A stretch of 64,000 bases of DNA from Vampirovibrionales bacterium (GTDB lineage Bacteria > Cyanobacteriota > Vampirovibrionia > Vampirovibrionales > JAJTHC01): positions 86,985 through 150,984 of the forward strand of contig JBIIZQ010000005.1 in NCBI GenBank assembly GCA_044346175.1, in the 5' to 3' direction. A program made the position numbers and the translations under genes. Shown one piece after another: positions 1 to 8,902 of this stretch; positions within the stretch are counted from its first letter, which is position 1, and every line of letters starts with the position of its first letter. Under the pieces are notes generated by a model. It saw only the letters and a program-made list of their open reading frames with translations, was not told the DNA's origin and searched no databases.

Positions 1-959
1 CAGGAACCCCCATAGCCAATCCCTGACTGTAAAAACTTGGCACCAATACGCTCATCTAAGCCCATGACCTTCTGTACATCTTCTACATCAGCTCCCATGG
101 CTTCACAGAGTGTTGCCATTTCATTCATAAAAGATATTTTGGTTGCGAGAAAGGCGTTACAGGCATATTTTGCCATCTCGGCGGAGTGACGGCTAATATG
201 CACATAGGGTACGGGGGATACAGGGTGATGCAGCCAAGGTGCGTACATCCGACGCATGAGCTTATCCAAATAGGGAGAGACCTCTCCCTGAGGATGTTCC
301 CCCCATAAGGACCCTACCAAAACACGCTCAGGGTTCATAAAGTCTGAAACGGCAACCCCTTGTTTTAAAAACTCTGGGTTTGAAATGACCTCAAGCCCTA
401 CGCCCGCTGCTGTTAAACGCGCCTGTAGGGCAAGGCACGTTCCCACGGGGACGGTACTTTTAACGATAAGCACCTGTGGCTTGAACGCTTCTTTTAAACG
501 ATGGTAATGTTCGATAATGGTTTCCACAACCGCATATAATGCGGAAAGGTCCGCAGAACCGTCCTCTTGTTGTGGCGTACCAACTGCCAGCATACATAGT
601 TTCGTTTGTGTAAGTGCTTCTTCTAAGGTATGACTAAAGCGTAAATTGCCGTGACGTTGTGCCTCTTGTTGTAAAGCGGGTAATCCCATTTCATAGAGGG
701 GGGTATGCCCTTCTTGTAAGGCAAGTATTTTTTGTGTGTTGGTATCAATACCTATGACTTCATGTCCCACAGCGGCAAGACATACGCCACTTACAAGCCC
801 TACGTACCCTGTACCAATCACCGCAATAGAGAGTGCTTCATGAGGGGCTAAGCGCTTCAAGCCATACTCAGACTCACACAAAAAAGAGGGTGCTTCCGCT
901 TGTTGAAGGGTAGGGTGTGAAGGATGGACTGAGGTTTGAAAGGAAGTTGATGCGGGCAT
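1..959 (-). CDS. ugd: UDP-glucose 6-dehydrogenase family protein, N-terminal ~319 codons (3' end runs off the window)
   Basis: Hand translation of the minus strand from ATG at 959-957 gives the Rossmann motif AVIGTGYVGLVSG, then NPEFLKQG, and GIGYGGS at the window edge where the catalytic Cys follows. It is absent from the ORF track because the frame is open at position 1. Confidence 0.8.
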   Translation of the reverse strand, partial: MPASTSFQTSVHPSHPTLQQAEAPSFLCESEYGLKRLAPHEALSIAVIGTGYVGLVSGVCLAAVGHEVIGIDTNTQKILALQEGHTPLYEMGLPALQQEAQRHGNLRFSHTLEEALTQTKLCMLAVGTPQQEDGSADLSALYAVVETIIEHYHRLKEAFKPQVLIVKSTVPVGTCLALQARLTAAGVGLEVISNPEFLKQGVAVSDFMNPERVLVGSLWGEHPQGEVSPYLDKLMRRMYAPWLHHPVSPVPYVHISRHSAEMAKYACNAFLATKISFMNEMATLCEAMGADVEDVQKVMGLDERIGAKFLQSGIGYGGS

Positions 960-1236
960 GACGGGTCAACGAAAAGGTGTCGTTATCGTTAATGAGGAGG
1001 GAAAAGGGTCTTAAAACCAAGGGCGTAAGCACATAACGATATTATACACTAAGCCTTCAAAAAGCTTTCATAAAAATTTATGACATTTTTGTGCGTAAAG
1101 CCCTCTTTACAAGCCCGTGTGTTTTAAGTAAGGTAATAAATGTTGAAACTAAACCTAACAATAATCGCTTAAATGCTTTAACTGCATTTTATGTGCTAGT
1201 TCGTAGGTTGGTTCCAATACCCTCAAGCCCTTCTTT

Positions 1237-1319
1237 GTCGGAGTGGCGGAATGGTAGACGCGCACGTTTAAGGGGCGTGTACTTTATGTGTAGGGGTTCA
1301 AGTCCCCTCTCCGACACCA
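1237..1319 (+). tRNA. tRNA-Leu (class II, long variable arm, encoded CCA); anticodon reads AAG in my hand fold
   Basis: Acceptor GTCGGAG/CTCCGAC. D arm GCG-GAATGGTAGA-CGC. Anticodon stem CACGT/GCGTG with loop TTAAGGG. 12-nt variable arm. T arm AGGGG-TTCAAGT-CCCCT. Discriminator A plus CCA. It aligns arm-for-arm with the E. coli tRNA-Leu layout. Confidence 0.85.
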
Positions 1320-1320
1320 A

Positions 1321-1357
1321 CATCCCCATTACTTTTAAGGTAATGGGGATGTTTTTT
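1321..1357 (+). terminator. Intrinsic terminator after tRNA-Leu
   Basis: Stem CATCCCCATTAC / GTAATGGGGATG, loop TTTTAAG, followed by TTTTTT. Confidence 0.75.
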
Positions 1358-1432
1358 GTGTACAATCAAGGTTTGATGCTTTTTGTTTATTTTTTCAATG
1401 CAGTACACCGTTCGTTGACCCCATTTGTTGCC

Positions 1433-4114
1433 ATGTCATCCACAGCTTTACCGCTAGCTTTTTATTTGCACACCCATTGGGATAGAGAATGGTATGAAAC
1501 GCATACGTGTTACACCCTTCGGTTACTCACGGTATTAAACCAATGCGTGGATGCACTTGAGCAGGGTGAGGTGAACCATGTGGTTCTTGATGGACAAACA
1601 AGTTTACTCGAGGATACTTTGTCCTATCATGACGCGCCTGAGGCATTAAGTGCCAAGCTTAAAACCCTTGTCAGCCAAGGGAAGTTGAGTATAGGACCTT
1701 GGTATGTGATGCCTGATAGCTTTTTGTGTCACCCAGAAACCTTACGGCAAAACCTTAAGCTTGGTATGGCACAAGCCCAAGCGTGGGGACAATCTTTAGA
1801 AACTTGTGTTGGGTATTTACCAGATACCTTCGGACATCCTGCGTGTATCCCTCAATTGTTGCAAGAAGTGGGCATAAAGTATGCCATTGTTTGGCGTGGC
1901 TTAAGGAATGATGCCCCTAATGTATGTTATTGGCGTACAGAGGAGCATGCAGCATCCCTTTTAACCTTGAAACTCACAGGGGGTTACTTTCAGCCATTTC
2001 TTCACGGGAAGCATTGGTGGGAGAATCCTGAAGAGGAAGCCTTGGCATTACCGTACTATCTGCAAGACCCTCTTGATGCAAGCTCTCAAAGTCTTTCCGA
2101 GGCACGCATTGCGGGATACCCTTTTCCTAACTTACCGCAAGCGTTACAAACCTTTATTGAGGCACTTCAGGCATGCCACCCTGAATGTTTAACCATGGCG
2201 GGGATTCCTCCCTTACTTCCTGTGGGAGGAGACCATCTGGGGATGCCTGTCATGTCTCACTTGAAAGCAATGCAGCGTGGCGGTGTACTCGCCTCACAGG
2301 CAACCTCATTGCATGACTACCTGCATCAAGTGGCAGATTGTGTCTCTAGTGCAACGCAAGCGTCATTGCCGACTTACACGGGTAAATTGATGGCACAGCC
2401 AGTATGGCATGATGCGACATCACCCTCGGCACCTGCCCTGTTAACGGGTGTATGGAGTAGTCGTTTATGGTTAAAGCAGTGGCACAAACGGCTTGAGTGG
2501 CGGCTTGTGATTCAAATCCCCCAGCTGCTCCAAGCTTTTGCACACGCTGAGAAAGACTCGTGTGGAAAACCTACCACACAAGACTATTTTGCCCGAGAGA
2601 TTCGTTATACGCTTTCGCAATTGGAAGGCATGTATACCAAAGCTTGGCGTTTTTTATTGGAGAATACCCCTCATGATACCCTGTGTGGCTGTTCGGTCGA
2701 TGCTGTGCATCAGGAGCAGGCACAACGCTACCAACACTGTGAAACCCTTTTGGATACGGTGTATCGTCATGCCCGAACGTCTTTGGTTCAAACTTCAGAC
2801 CCCACCCTTACCCTTGCCTGCTATGAACCCTATACCAATCCAATTACGTGGGCGGTTGAGACGCTTGGAAAATCCTCGTGCTTAAAAAAGTGGGGTGACT
2901 CATTTTATGAGGGAACACTGCTTTGGCATGAAGAAACAAATTTTTCTCCTGATACACCCACGCCTTCAGCCGATGCACGCCATGACCAAGCTTACATCCC
3001 CACCTCACGTGCAAGCTGGCACCAAGCGGGGTATCTAAAAACGCATTTGGAAACCACCACCTACCACGATACCAATCGGGTACCTCTTTCGCACCGTTGG
3101 GCGACTACGCAGGAAACGCCCCATTGGCTAGCGGTATCTCCTCCCATGCCCTATGCCCCTTATCGACGGACGGAAGCCTTACCCCTTACAGGACAGACCC
3201 CCCTACCAGAAGGTATGGCGCCTGTGTCGGTGCATTTGGATACCAAAGCTTCTGAGGGTGTTGGTGTTTGGACATTGGCACATGGCACATTAAAGTTAAA
3301 GGTCAATCCGTCGGAGGGAACCCTCTATGTGGAGACACCTACCCAAAGGTTTCAAGTTTTTCTTGTAGGTGTTTGTGATGCTGGAGATAGCTATAACCGT
3401 TCGGCACAAAACCCACGTTTACCCATGATTGGGTTTGATATTGCAAGTGTATCGCCTTGGGTGCGTCATGCCCAGGCACCAGACATAGCCCAAGGACTCA
3501 CGCTCACGCTGTCACCTAGTAGGACACAGCATCCTGTCACGCAGGAGCCGCTCCCTACGGTCTATCTGCATTGGTATCTTGAGGCGCATCGTCCTGTGAT
3601 TCATGCGGAAGTTAGTTTTGTGAATACGGCAAAAGATTGGCGTTTACAGTGTGTTTGGAAACCCGAATCGGGGTTCCGTCCTGAGCCAGTATCTCCTGAG
3701 CATCAACCGAGTCTTAGCTTGGAAGCAGGTACACCCTGGGAAACCCCTTGGACGTTTCAACCCGAGCAGTATACCGTACCAGTATCTTTCTCAAATACAA
3801 CCGTTTTACAGCCATGGCGGGAATGGCTCCCTTTAACTTTTCCTGTGCATACCCACTTTACCACTGCCTACGGCACTTGGTTTAGCGAGGGGCTTACAGA
3901 GTGGGAGTATTTTCCTGCGTGTGGCGTAGACGCAACACAGGCAACCCATGAAGCCTTTGGATGCACATTGCATCGAGGGTTTGGTTGGTTAAGTCATCCT
4001 GACACAGGGACACGGTACGGCAATGCGGGCCCCTACATACCAACCCCCGAGGGGCAAGGTTTAAATCGACCCCTTCGGTATCGGTTTGCCTATGGAGCCA
4101 TTCAAACGCCATAA
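1433..4114 (+). CDS. Glycoside hydrolase family 38 (alpha-mannosidase / mannosylglycerate hydrolase-like), 893 aa
   Basis: From the internal ATG at 1433: MSSTALPLAFYLHTHWDREWYETH (GH38 N-terminal HxHWDREWY signature), GPWYVMPDSFL, GYLPDTFGH. The ORF-track start at 1091 reads through the tRNA and its terminator, so I rejected it. Confidence 0.85.
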   Translation: MSSTALPLAFYLHTHWDREWYETHTCYTLRLLTVLNQCVDALEQGEVNHVVLDGQTSLLEDTLSYHDAPEALSAKLKTLVSQGKLSIGPWYVMPDSFLCHPETLRQNLKLGMAQAQAWGQSLETCVGYLPDTFGHPACIPQLLQEVGIKYAIVWRGLRNDAPNVCYWRTEEHAASLLTLKLTGGYFQPFLHGKHWWENPEEEALALPYYLQDPLDASSQSLSEARIAGYPFPNLPQALQTFIEALQACHPECLTMAGIPPLLPVGGDHLGMPVMSHLKAMQRGGVLASQATSLHDYLHQVADCVSSATQASLPTYTGKLMAQPVWHDATSPSAPALLTGVWSSRLWLKQWHKRLEWRLVIQIPQLLQAFAHAEKDSCGKPTTQDYFAREIRYTLSQLEGMYTKAWRFLLENTPHDTLCGCSVDAVHQEQAQRYQHCETLLDTVYRHARTSLVQTSDPTLTLACYEPYTNPITWAVETLGKSSCLKKWGDSFYEGTLLWHEETNFSPDTPTPSADARHDQAYIPTSRASWHQAGYLKTHLETTTYHDTNRVPLSHRWATTQETPHWLAVSPPMPYAPYRRTEALPLTGQTPLPEGMAPVSVHLDTKASEGVGVWTLAHGTLKLKVNPSEGTLYVETPTQRFQVFLVGVCDAGDSYNRSAQNPRLPMIGFDIASVSPWVRHAQAPDIAQGLTLTLSPSRTQHPVTQEPLPTVYLHWYLEAHRPVIHAEVSFVNTAKDWRLQCVWKPESGFRPEPVSPEHQPSLSLEAGTPWETPWTFQPEQYTVPVSFSNTTVLQPWREWLPLTFPVHTHFTTAYGTWFSEGLTEWEYFPACGVDATQATHEAFGCTLHRGFGWLSHPDTGTRYGNAGPYIPTPEGQGLNRPLRYRFAYGAIQTP

Positions 4115-4151
4115 AGCGAGAGAATTTAAATGGGGTTGTTTATACAAAAAT

Positions 4152-4175
4152 AGTGCGTTATCCGCATAACGCACT
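4152..4175 (+). terminator. Hairpin 38 nt after the GH38 stop (no U-tract)
   Basis: AGTGCGTTAT-CCGC-ATAACGCACT, a perfect 10-bp stem. Confidence 0.35.
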
Positions 4176-4362
4176 TGACCTAAAGGATGCTCTTGTATAC
4201 CATGATTATGGGTGAGTGTAAAGAATGTAAAAAGCACCCACTTTACAACTGAAATTCTTTAGAAAGGACATGCCATGGAATTTATTATCCATAGCGATGT
4301 TATCATCATGATCATCAAGATGATAACTAAAATTGCATCCATTTACATGTAGCGTAAAACTT

Positions 4363-4403
4363 AAAAAAGCCTTTTCTAGCTGAACCCTAGGAGGGGCTTT
4401 TTT
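4363..4403. terminator. Bidirectional intrinsic-terminator-like hairpin
   Basis: AAAAAAGCCTTTTCTAG-ctgaacc-CTAGGAGGGGCTTTTTT, with an A-run before and a T-run after. It lies inside the doubtful 68-aa ORF 4206-4412. Confidence 0.55.
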
Positions 4404-4515
4404 AGCACTCATGACTTCTATTCCAAATAAACAAAGAAATCACTGCACAAAAGACCGAGCTTGCGTTGAATTAGTTTACACAAGCTATTGATTCACCATA
4501 CATATATAGTAGGTC

Positions 4516-4539
4516 AAAGTGTTGCATTTTGCAACATTT
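4516..4539. promoter_or_regulatory. Near-palindrome AAAGTGTTGCA-TTT-TGCAACATTT
   Basis: Read directly. It shares the exact 11-mer TTGCAACATTT and the same inverted-repeat design with 12944-12975. Confidence 0.4.
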
Positions 4540-4763
4540 ATTTTAAAATATCATCCATTTAGAGGAGAAAGCCCCCTTCGGGAAATGTCCATCAGATGGA
4601 TACTCAAGAGTCTCAGGTACAAGTACCATAAGGCTTTTTCAGGCTTCTGCGGACGCTACGCACTGCATTGATTCGTAAAATGAACCCATCCAATTTTATG
4701 GCATGACCTTAAAAGAGCTTTTGTCACCTTCTATAGCTCTCGATGGATACCCATGTTTCATCT

Positions 4764-4866
4764 GTATGACAGTAACACATGGGTATCGTCATGCCGACGA
4801 AAGTCGGAATCCAGAAAGAGAGCTGACATTTAAACCTTACTCCCATTCTCCTTGCAGGGAGAGGCG
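4764..4866 (-). repeat. Dispersed hairpin repeat, copy D (inverted relative to copies A-C)
   Basis: The core CGTCATGCCGACGAAAGTCGGAATCCAGAAAGAGAG (4787-4822) matches the reverse complement of the cores at 13081-13115, 56157-56190 and 57981-58014. A second hairpin TCTCC-TTGCAG-GGAGA follows. Confidence 0.7.
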
Positions 4867-4898
4867 TAGGAGGAGCGGGTACAAGCCAACACCTTATG

Positions 4899-7800
4899 TT
4901 AGGTTGCTAAAGGGTGCCATGCAAAGGTTTCCAGAGAAGGTTTAGGGGCTTTTGTACTAGAAGACCCCTCTTGTTTTTCAGTGTGATGCCAACGAATAGG
5001 CGTTGCCTGATTTTGAAGGCTCTTGGGAGAAAGTTTCCAAGGGGCTACCAAGGGCTTGAGTTGAAGGGTATCCAACACGCTTTGATTGGCTGTGATAACA
5101 CTTTGCGAGGGTTTGTTGAATGCTTGTACCAGCATTGCCTGAAAAGCCTTGGCGGTTTCTTCGGGGTGTTGCTTCATGTGTTCAAGTTGCTCAATCGTTT
5201 CCTCGGGGGAGGGCGTGCCTCCGTGGCGATGGGTGGCAATGGATTGTGCCAAACCGCTTTGAGAGAGTGTACTTTCCTTCAAGCCTGTGATGAGCTGGTC
5301 AATACACCCTACAAGGGTTTCGATTTGAATCGGCTTTTCGGCAAGGCTATCCAGTGCATTTTGAAGCGTATGGGTACTTTCTTTGAGTTTGTCTTTTGAC
5401 GTATGGGACGCAATGACCCATCGGTCTTGATTTTGCCCTGATTTATGACTCTTCATGTAGGTGGCATAACCAAGCTGACTTTCGTCGTTACGGAAGGCTT
5501 CATAAAGAAGGGTCAAGTTTAGGTACATAGGGGCGAGATGCCGCAACAAGCGTGTTTGATTATCTTTTGCCGCAGGGAGTAACCACTGACGTTGCAAAAT
5601 AACTTGGTCGTCCAAGTCATTATTTGCAAAGGAAGCAAGGGTGTCTTGTTTAATGTTAAGCGTTGCACGTTGGTTTGGATGCGACTTTACAGGGAGTTTT
5701 AAGACGGTAGCTTGTGCGATGTCGGTCAGTTGGGTCTTATCAACAGGGCCCGTTACGGTGAGGGTATGAGACTGCTGATGCTGATAGGGTTGTAAAAGTT
5801 TGGAGACCATGGCAGGTGTGAACTGTGCCACAGCTTTTTTGATGTGGGCTTGCGGTTCGGTTAAAGGATGGTGGGTGTCTGTGGTAGGGTGTAAACTCAG
5901 GCGTAAATACTCGTTGCCTTCTGCGGTACGTCCACTTTGCAACATGTCGAGAACATTGTAGGTATTCTGTTTGGTTTGTTGTAACAACTTGGGGTCACGG
6001 ATAGGGCCTTGCAATAAAAGCTTTTGCATTAAGCGGGTCATTTCAGGGACTTTTTCAGGCAACCCTGATACGTGAATGTTGAGGTGGCTAGGTAGAACAT
6101 TCACCCCGTAACTGAGACCGTGTTCATCAACAAACTGCTGGAACCCTTCCGAGGACTCCCCCGCAACACCCAGTTGATACAGTCCTGTGAGTACGTGGGC
6201 ATAAGGCTGAAAGTTTTTGTCACTTTGCCAAGGGGTGACATGGTTGTGTTTTAAAATCACGCTCATGCCCACTTTAGGGGCAAAGGGGTCCTGTTTTAAA
6301 AGCCATTCTCCGCCATGGGGTGCGTCTATCGTGAGGGTGTTGTTAGGTAATTTACCACCAAAACGACTCGCAAGCGGTTTTTTTACCTCCGCATCTTGCA
6401 CAGGAGCCTCCGTAGGATGATTTACTTTTGAAGCTTTTTTTGCAGATGAGAGACTAAAAAAACGTGGTAACTCAAGGGCTGGTAAGCGATTGCCCTTTTT
6501 TTCAGGAAGGAGTGCGATGGTATACCACGCATCAGGTTTAGGAACCCGTTGTTTTAACCACTTCTGTACACCCTCTGGCGTGACGGCACTGAGGGCTTTT
6601 CGATATTGTCCCTCGATACTCTCTCCTTCTTTGGGAAGAAACACCCCACTATGATATTCCAGCCACCCATGGGCGATACCTTCCAACAGATTATGTTTGC
6701 CAGAAGGGGATTCCTTGAGTGTTGCGATATCGTCTTTAATGGCAATTTTTGCTGCTTCAATGCTTCGAGTGGAGGGTAACTTCCCCTGATGAACCTGACG
6801 GTAAAGTGTCTTTTTGATGTTGTGTAACTGTTCAAAGAGTTGTCGAGGTTTGTGGGTTTCTGCCGTAATACCAATGGCTTCTGCAAAGTGCTTTTGTCCG
6901 AGTTCAATGTCAAGGTCATCCAAAGCTTGTGTTTTATATACCCAATGTTTCACCAAACTCTCGGGTTGCCACATACCGTTGAGCATGTGTGACGCAATAT
7001 TCTGATAAATGTCTTTAGGGTCTAGCTCATGAGGTGGCAATTGACGAGCTTCTCTTGATTGCCATAAAATTCTGGCACCAGATACCGCTTGGGCGGTTTC
7101 TTTGCTTCTAGGGTTGTAAAAAACATCAGGCTTTTTGGGGTACGCAGGGTAGTTAAATAACACTTCGTCCGATTCCTTCTGTGATGTTCCTAAAGGTGTA
7201 TCTGGCTTTGTCTGTGTGCTATTGCTGGATAAGGGCTTGATATGAAGGCTTGGGTGTAAATTTGAAACAGGTGCCTGACGTTTTTCCGACAAGGGTTGCC
7301 ATTGTCCGTCATACAAGGTATGGATGATGGGTAAAAGCTCATGGTCAGGTGGTATATCACCTGAAATCACAAGCATACGGTTACTTGGATGGTAATGCGT
7401 TTTGTAAAACTGTGCGAGGGCTTCAGGGGTAAAGGTTTTGATGTCTTTTTGGCTCCCAAGAGGATGATGCTCATAGGGTGTATTGCGAAAAACCCCTCGA
7501 CCCACAGCGTGTTGTGCTTTTTTTTCAACCGTATCTTGATGAAGACGAATCTCCTCACTAATCACCCCTCTCTCCCGTATGACATCCTTAGCCTCAAAGG
7601 GTGCTGAGGCGATAAGGCGTGACGCATGAGCCTTGAGGACATCATGGAGGTGTACTTTAGGAATATCATGCGTGTAGTAGCGAGTCCAGTCTTGGCTGGT
7701 CATGGCGTTGGTATCTAGCCCTTTACGTCTTAAGAAGTCAAAGGCTTTTGGTACTGTGGCATGGGGTAAAGTAGCAGCAACCTTTTGCTTCTTATTGGCA

Positions 7801-8210
7801 TCGGCTTCACCATCGGCTACGAGATGCTCCAAGAAGTGTGCCATGCCCTGTTGTGTGTTGAGTTCATGGCGGGTTCCTACCCCAACACAGTCACTGACAT
7901 TGACGACAGGTAGACGGGTGTCTCTTGCCAGTAAGACGTGGAGACCATTTTTCAACTCATAATGTGAGGCAGGGGTATCATGTTGAAATATCTGTATGCT
8001 TGGATGTTTTTTAATGTGAAGACTTTCAAGCGAGTCTGGGGCTTGCGTTCCACGCTTCAGTGGTGCTTCAGTGGTAGAGCTTGAAGGGGGGCGTACTTCT
8101 TTCTCAGTTTTATCAGTGGGTTCTTGGTGTTCTGTCCCAAAGCGTTTCAAGGATGTGGATGGATGACGCAACGTGAGAGAAGAGGGTGAAACGACTGAAG
8201 AAAGACGCAT
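4899..8210 (-). CDS. M16 (pitrilysin/insulinase) family zinc peptidase, unusually long (1103 aa)
   Basis: Inverted zinc motif HxxEH in GMAHFLEHLVADG, about 125 aa from the N-terminus. The length fits a fused double M16 module. The N-terminal ~80 aa are S/T/P-rich. Confidence 0.7.
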   Translation of the reverse strand: MRLSSVVSPSSLTLRHPSTSLKRFGTEHQEPTDKTEKEVRPPSSSTTEAPLKRGTQAPDSLESLHIKKHPSIQIFQHDTPASHYELKNGLHVLLARDTRLPVVNVSDCVGVGTRHELNTQQGMAHFLEHLVADGEADANKKQKVAATLPHATVPKAFDFLRRKGLDTNAMTSQDWTRYYTHDIPKVHLHDVLKAHASRLIASAPFEAKDVIRERGVISEEIRLHQDTVEKKAQHAVGRGVFRNTPYEHHPLGSQKDIKTFTPEALAQFYKTHYHPSNRMLVISGDIPPDHELLPIIHTLYDGQWQPLSEKRQAPVSNLHPSLHIKPLSSNSTQTKPDTPLGTSQKESDEVLFNYPAYPKKPDVFYNPRSKETAQAVSGARILWQSREARQLPPHELDPKDIYQNIASHMLNGMWQPESLVKHWVYKTQALDDLDIELGQKHFAEAIGITAETHKPRQLFEQLHNIKKTLYRQVHQGKLPSTRSIEAAKIAIKDDIATLKESPSGKHNLLEGIAHGWLEYHSGVFLPKEGESIEGQYRKALSAVTPEGVQKWLKQRVPKPDAWYTIALLPEKKGNRLPALELPRFFSLSSAKKASKVNHPTEAPVQDAEVKKPLASRFGGKLPNNTLTIDAPHGGEWLLKQDPFAPKVGMSVILKHNHVTPWQSDKNFQPYAHVLTGLYQLGVAGESSEGFQQFVDEHGLSYGVNVLPSHLNIHVSGLPEKVPEMTRLMQKLLLQGPIRDPKLLQQTKQNTYNVLDMLQSGRTAEGNEYLRLSLHPTTDTHHPLTEPQAHIKKAVAQFTPAMVSKLLQPYQHQQSHTLTVTGPVDKTQLTDIAQATVLKLPVKSHPNQRATLNIKQDTLASFANNDLDDQVILQRQWLLPAAKDNQTRLLRHLAPMYLNLTLLYEAFRNDESQLGYATYMKSHKSGQNQDRWVIASHTSKDKLKESTHTLQNALDSLAEKPIQIETLVGCIDQLITGLKESTLSQSGLAQSIATHRHGGTPSPEETIEQLEHMKQHPEETAKAFQAMLVQAFNKPSQSVITANQSVLDTLQLKPLVAPWKLSPKSLQNQATPIRWHHTEKQEGSSSTKAPKPSLETFAWHPLAT

Positions 8211-8397
8211 AAACGATGTACCACTGAAACCTTCTGTGTTTAAGACGTGACATGGACTTATTGAGGTTTGTTACGATTGAAGTAGGCTTTAGTATAGCAG
8301 AGTTTCTCACCTATTGGGCTGACTTTTTGTAAACCGCCCTTTGAACGCAACGAAATATTACGAACATCACTCATAGGATGATACGCCTAAGAAATGT

Positions 8398-8429
8398 TTC
8401 AAGATGTCTTCCTGCTTCAAGATGTCTTC
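8398..8429 (+). promoter_or_regulatory. Tandem direct repeat TTCAAGATGTCTTC x2 (18-nt period) upstream of the 8523 operon
   Basis: Exact 14-mers at 8398-8411 and 8416-8429, about 95 nt upstream of the start at 8523. Confidence 0.4.
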
Positions 8430-8522
8430 TTGAGTGCGTCTGTTTTTGAAATCGCTTCACGCATCTCTTGTGTGGGCTTGTTTGACGTGTCTATAGGTGT
8501 CTATGAAAGGACTGATTCTACG

Positions 8523-8858
8523 ATGATGATGGGCTTAGCTGCAACACACGCACGTATTTTAGGACTGCACAGTAAAAAAATTGAACTTGAGTTTACCTTG
8601 GAGCAAATTGCCCAATCTCAGCAAAGTTTGGCAAATGAACAGCTTAATCTTATCAATATCTCCTCAACCTTTGAACCCGAAAGTGCTGAAGCACGACGTT
8701 TACAGCAAAAGCTTTTGTATGTTCAGGCTCAAGATAAATTCTACTCTTTGCAGTCTGCGCGTTCTCAAAACCAGCATAATATGGTGCAAACTGAGTTGGA
8801 AACCCTGAAAAAGATTCAAGAAAAAGCAGTTGAAAACGTCTTTAAACCCTTCTCATAA
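8523..8858 (+). CDS. Small (~111 aa) predicted two-helix hairpin protein, unknown family; paralog of 24098-24427
   Basis: Starts ATGATGATG, with GAAAGGA 11 nt upstream. The ORF-track start at 8394 adds an implausible leader. Heptad-like Q/L/E-rich sequence with a central EPES turn. 49/109 identities with the 24.1-kb copy in a gapless hand alignment. Confidence 0.65.
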   Translation: MMMGLAATHARILGLHSKKIELEFTLEQIAQSQQSLANEQLNLINISSTFEPESAEARRLQQKLLYVQAQDKFYSLQSARSQNQHNMVQTELETLKKIQEKAVENVFKPFS

Positions 8859-8902
8859 CCCTCTTTACCCATTCTTGAGGAGCCTATTAAGGTTGTTTAG
8901 TC

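Noticed and set aside
1091-1432. N-terminal 114 codons of the 1007-aa ORF-track entry (GTG start at 1091)
   Set aside because: This stretch reads straight through the tRNA-Leu gene (1237-1319) and its terminator. The GH38 homology begins right after the ATG at 1433.
4206-4412. 68-aa minus-strand ORF
   Set aside because: It is AT-rich with an odd composition and no RBS. Its 5' part is occupied by a strong bidirectional terminator hairpin (4363-4403). More likely it is non-coding spacer.
4703-5399. ORFs 4703-4945 and 4914-5399 on the plus strand
   Set aside because: The first translates the dispersed repeat (copy D). The second is antisense to the well-supported M16 peptidase gene and has an R/G/C-rich junk composition.
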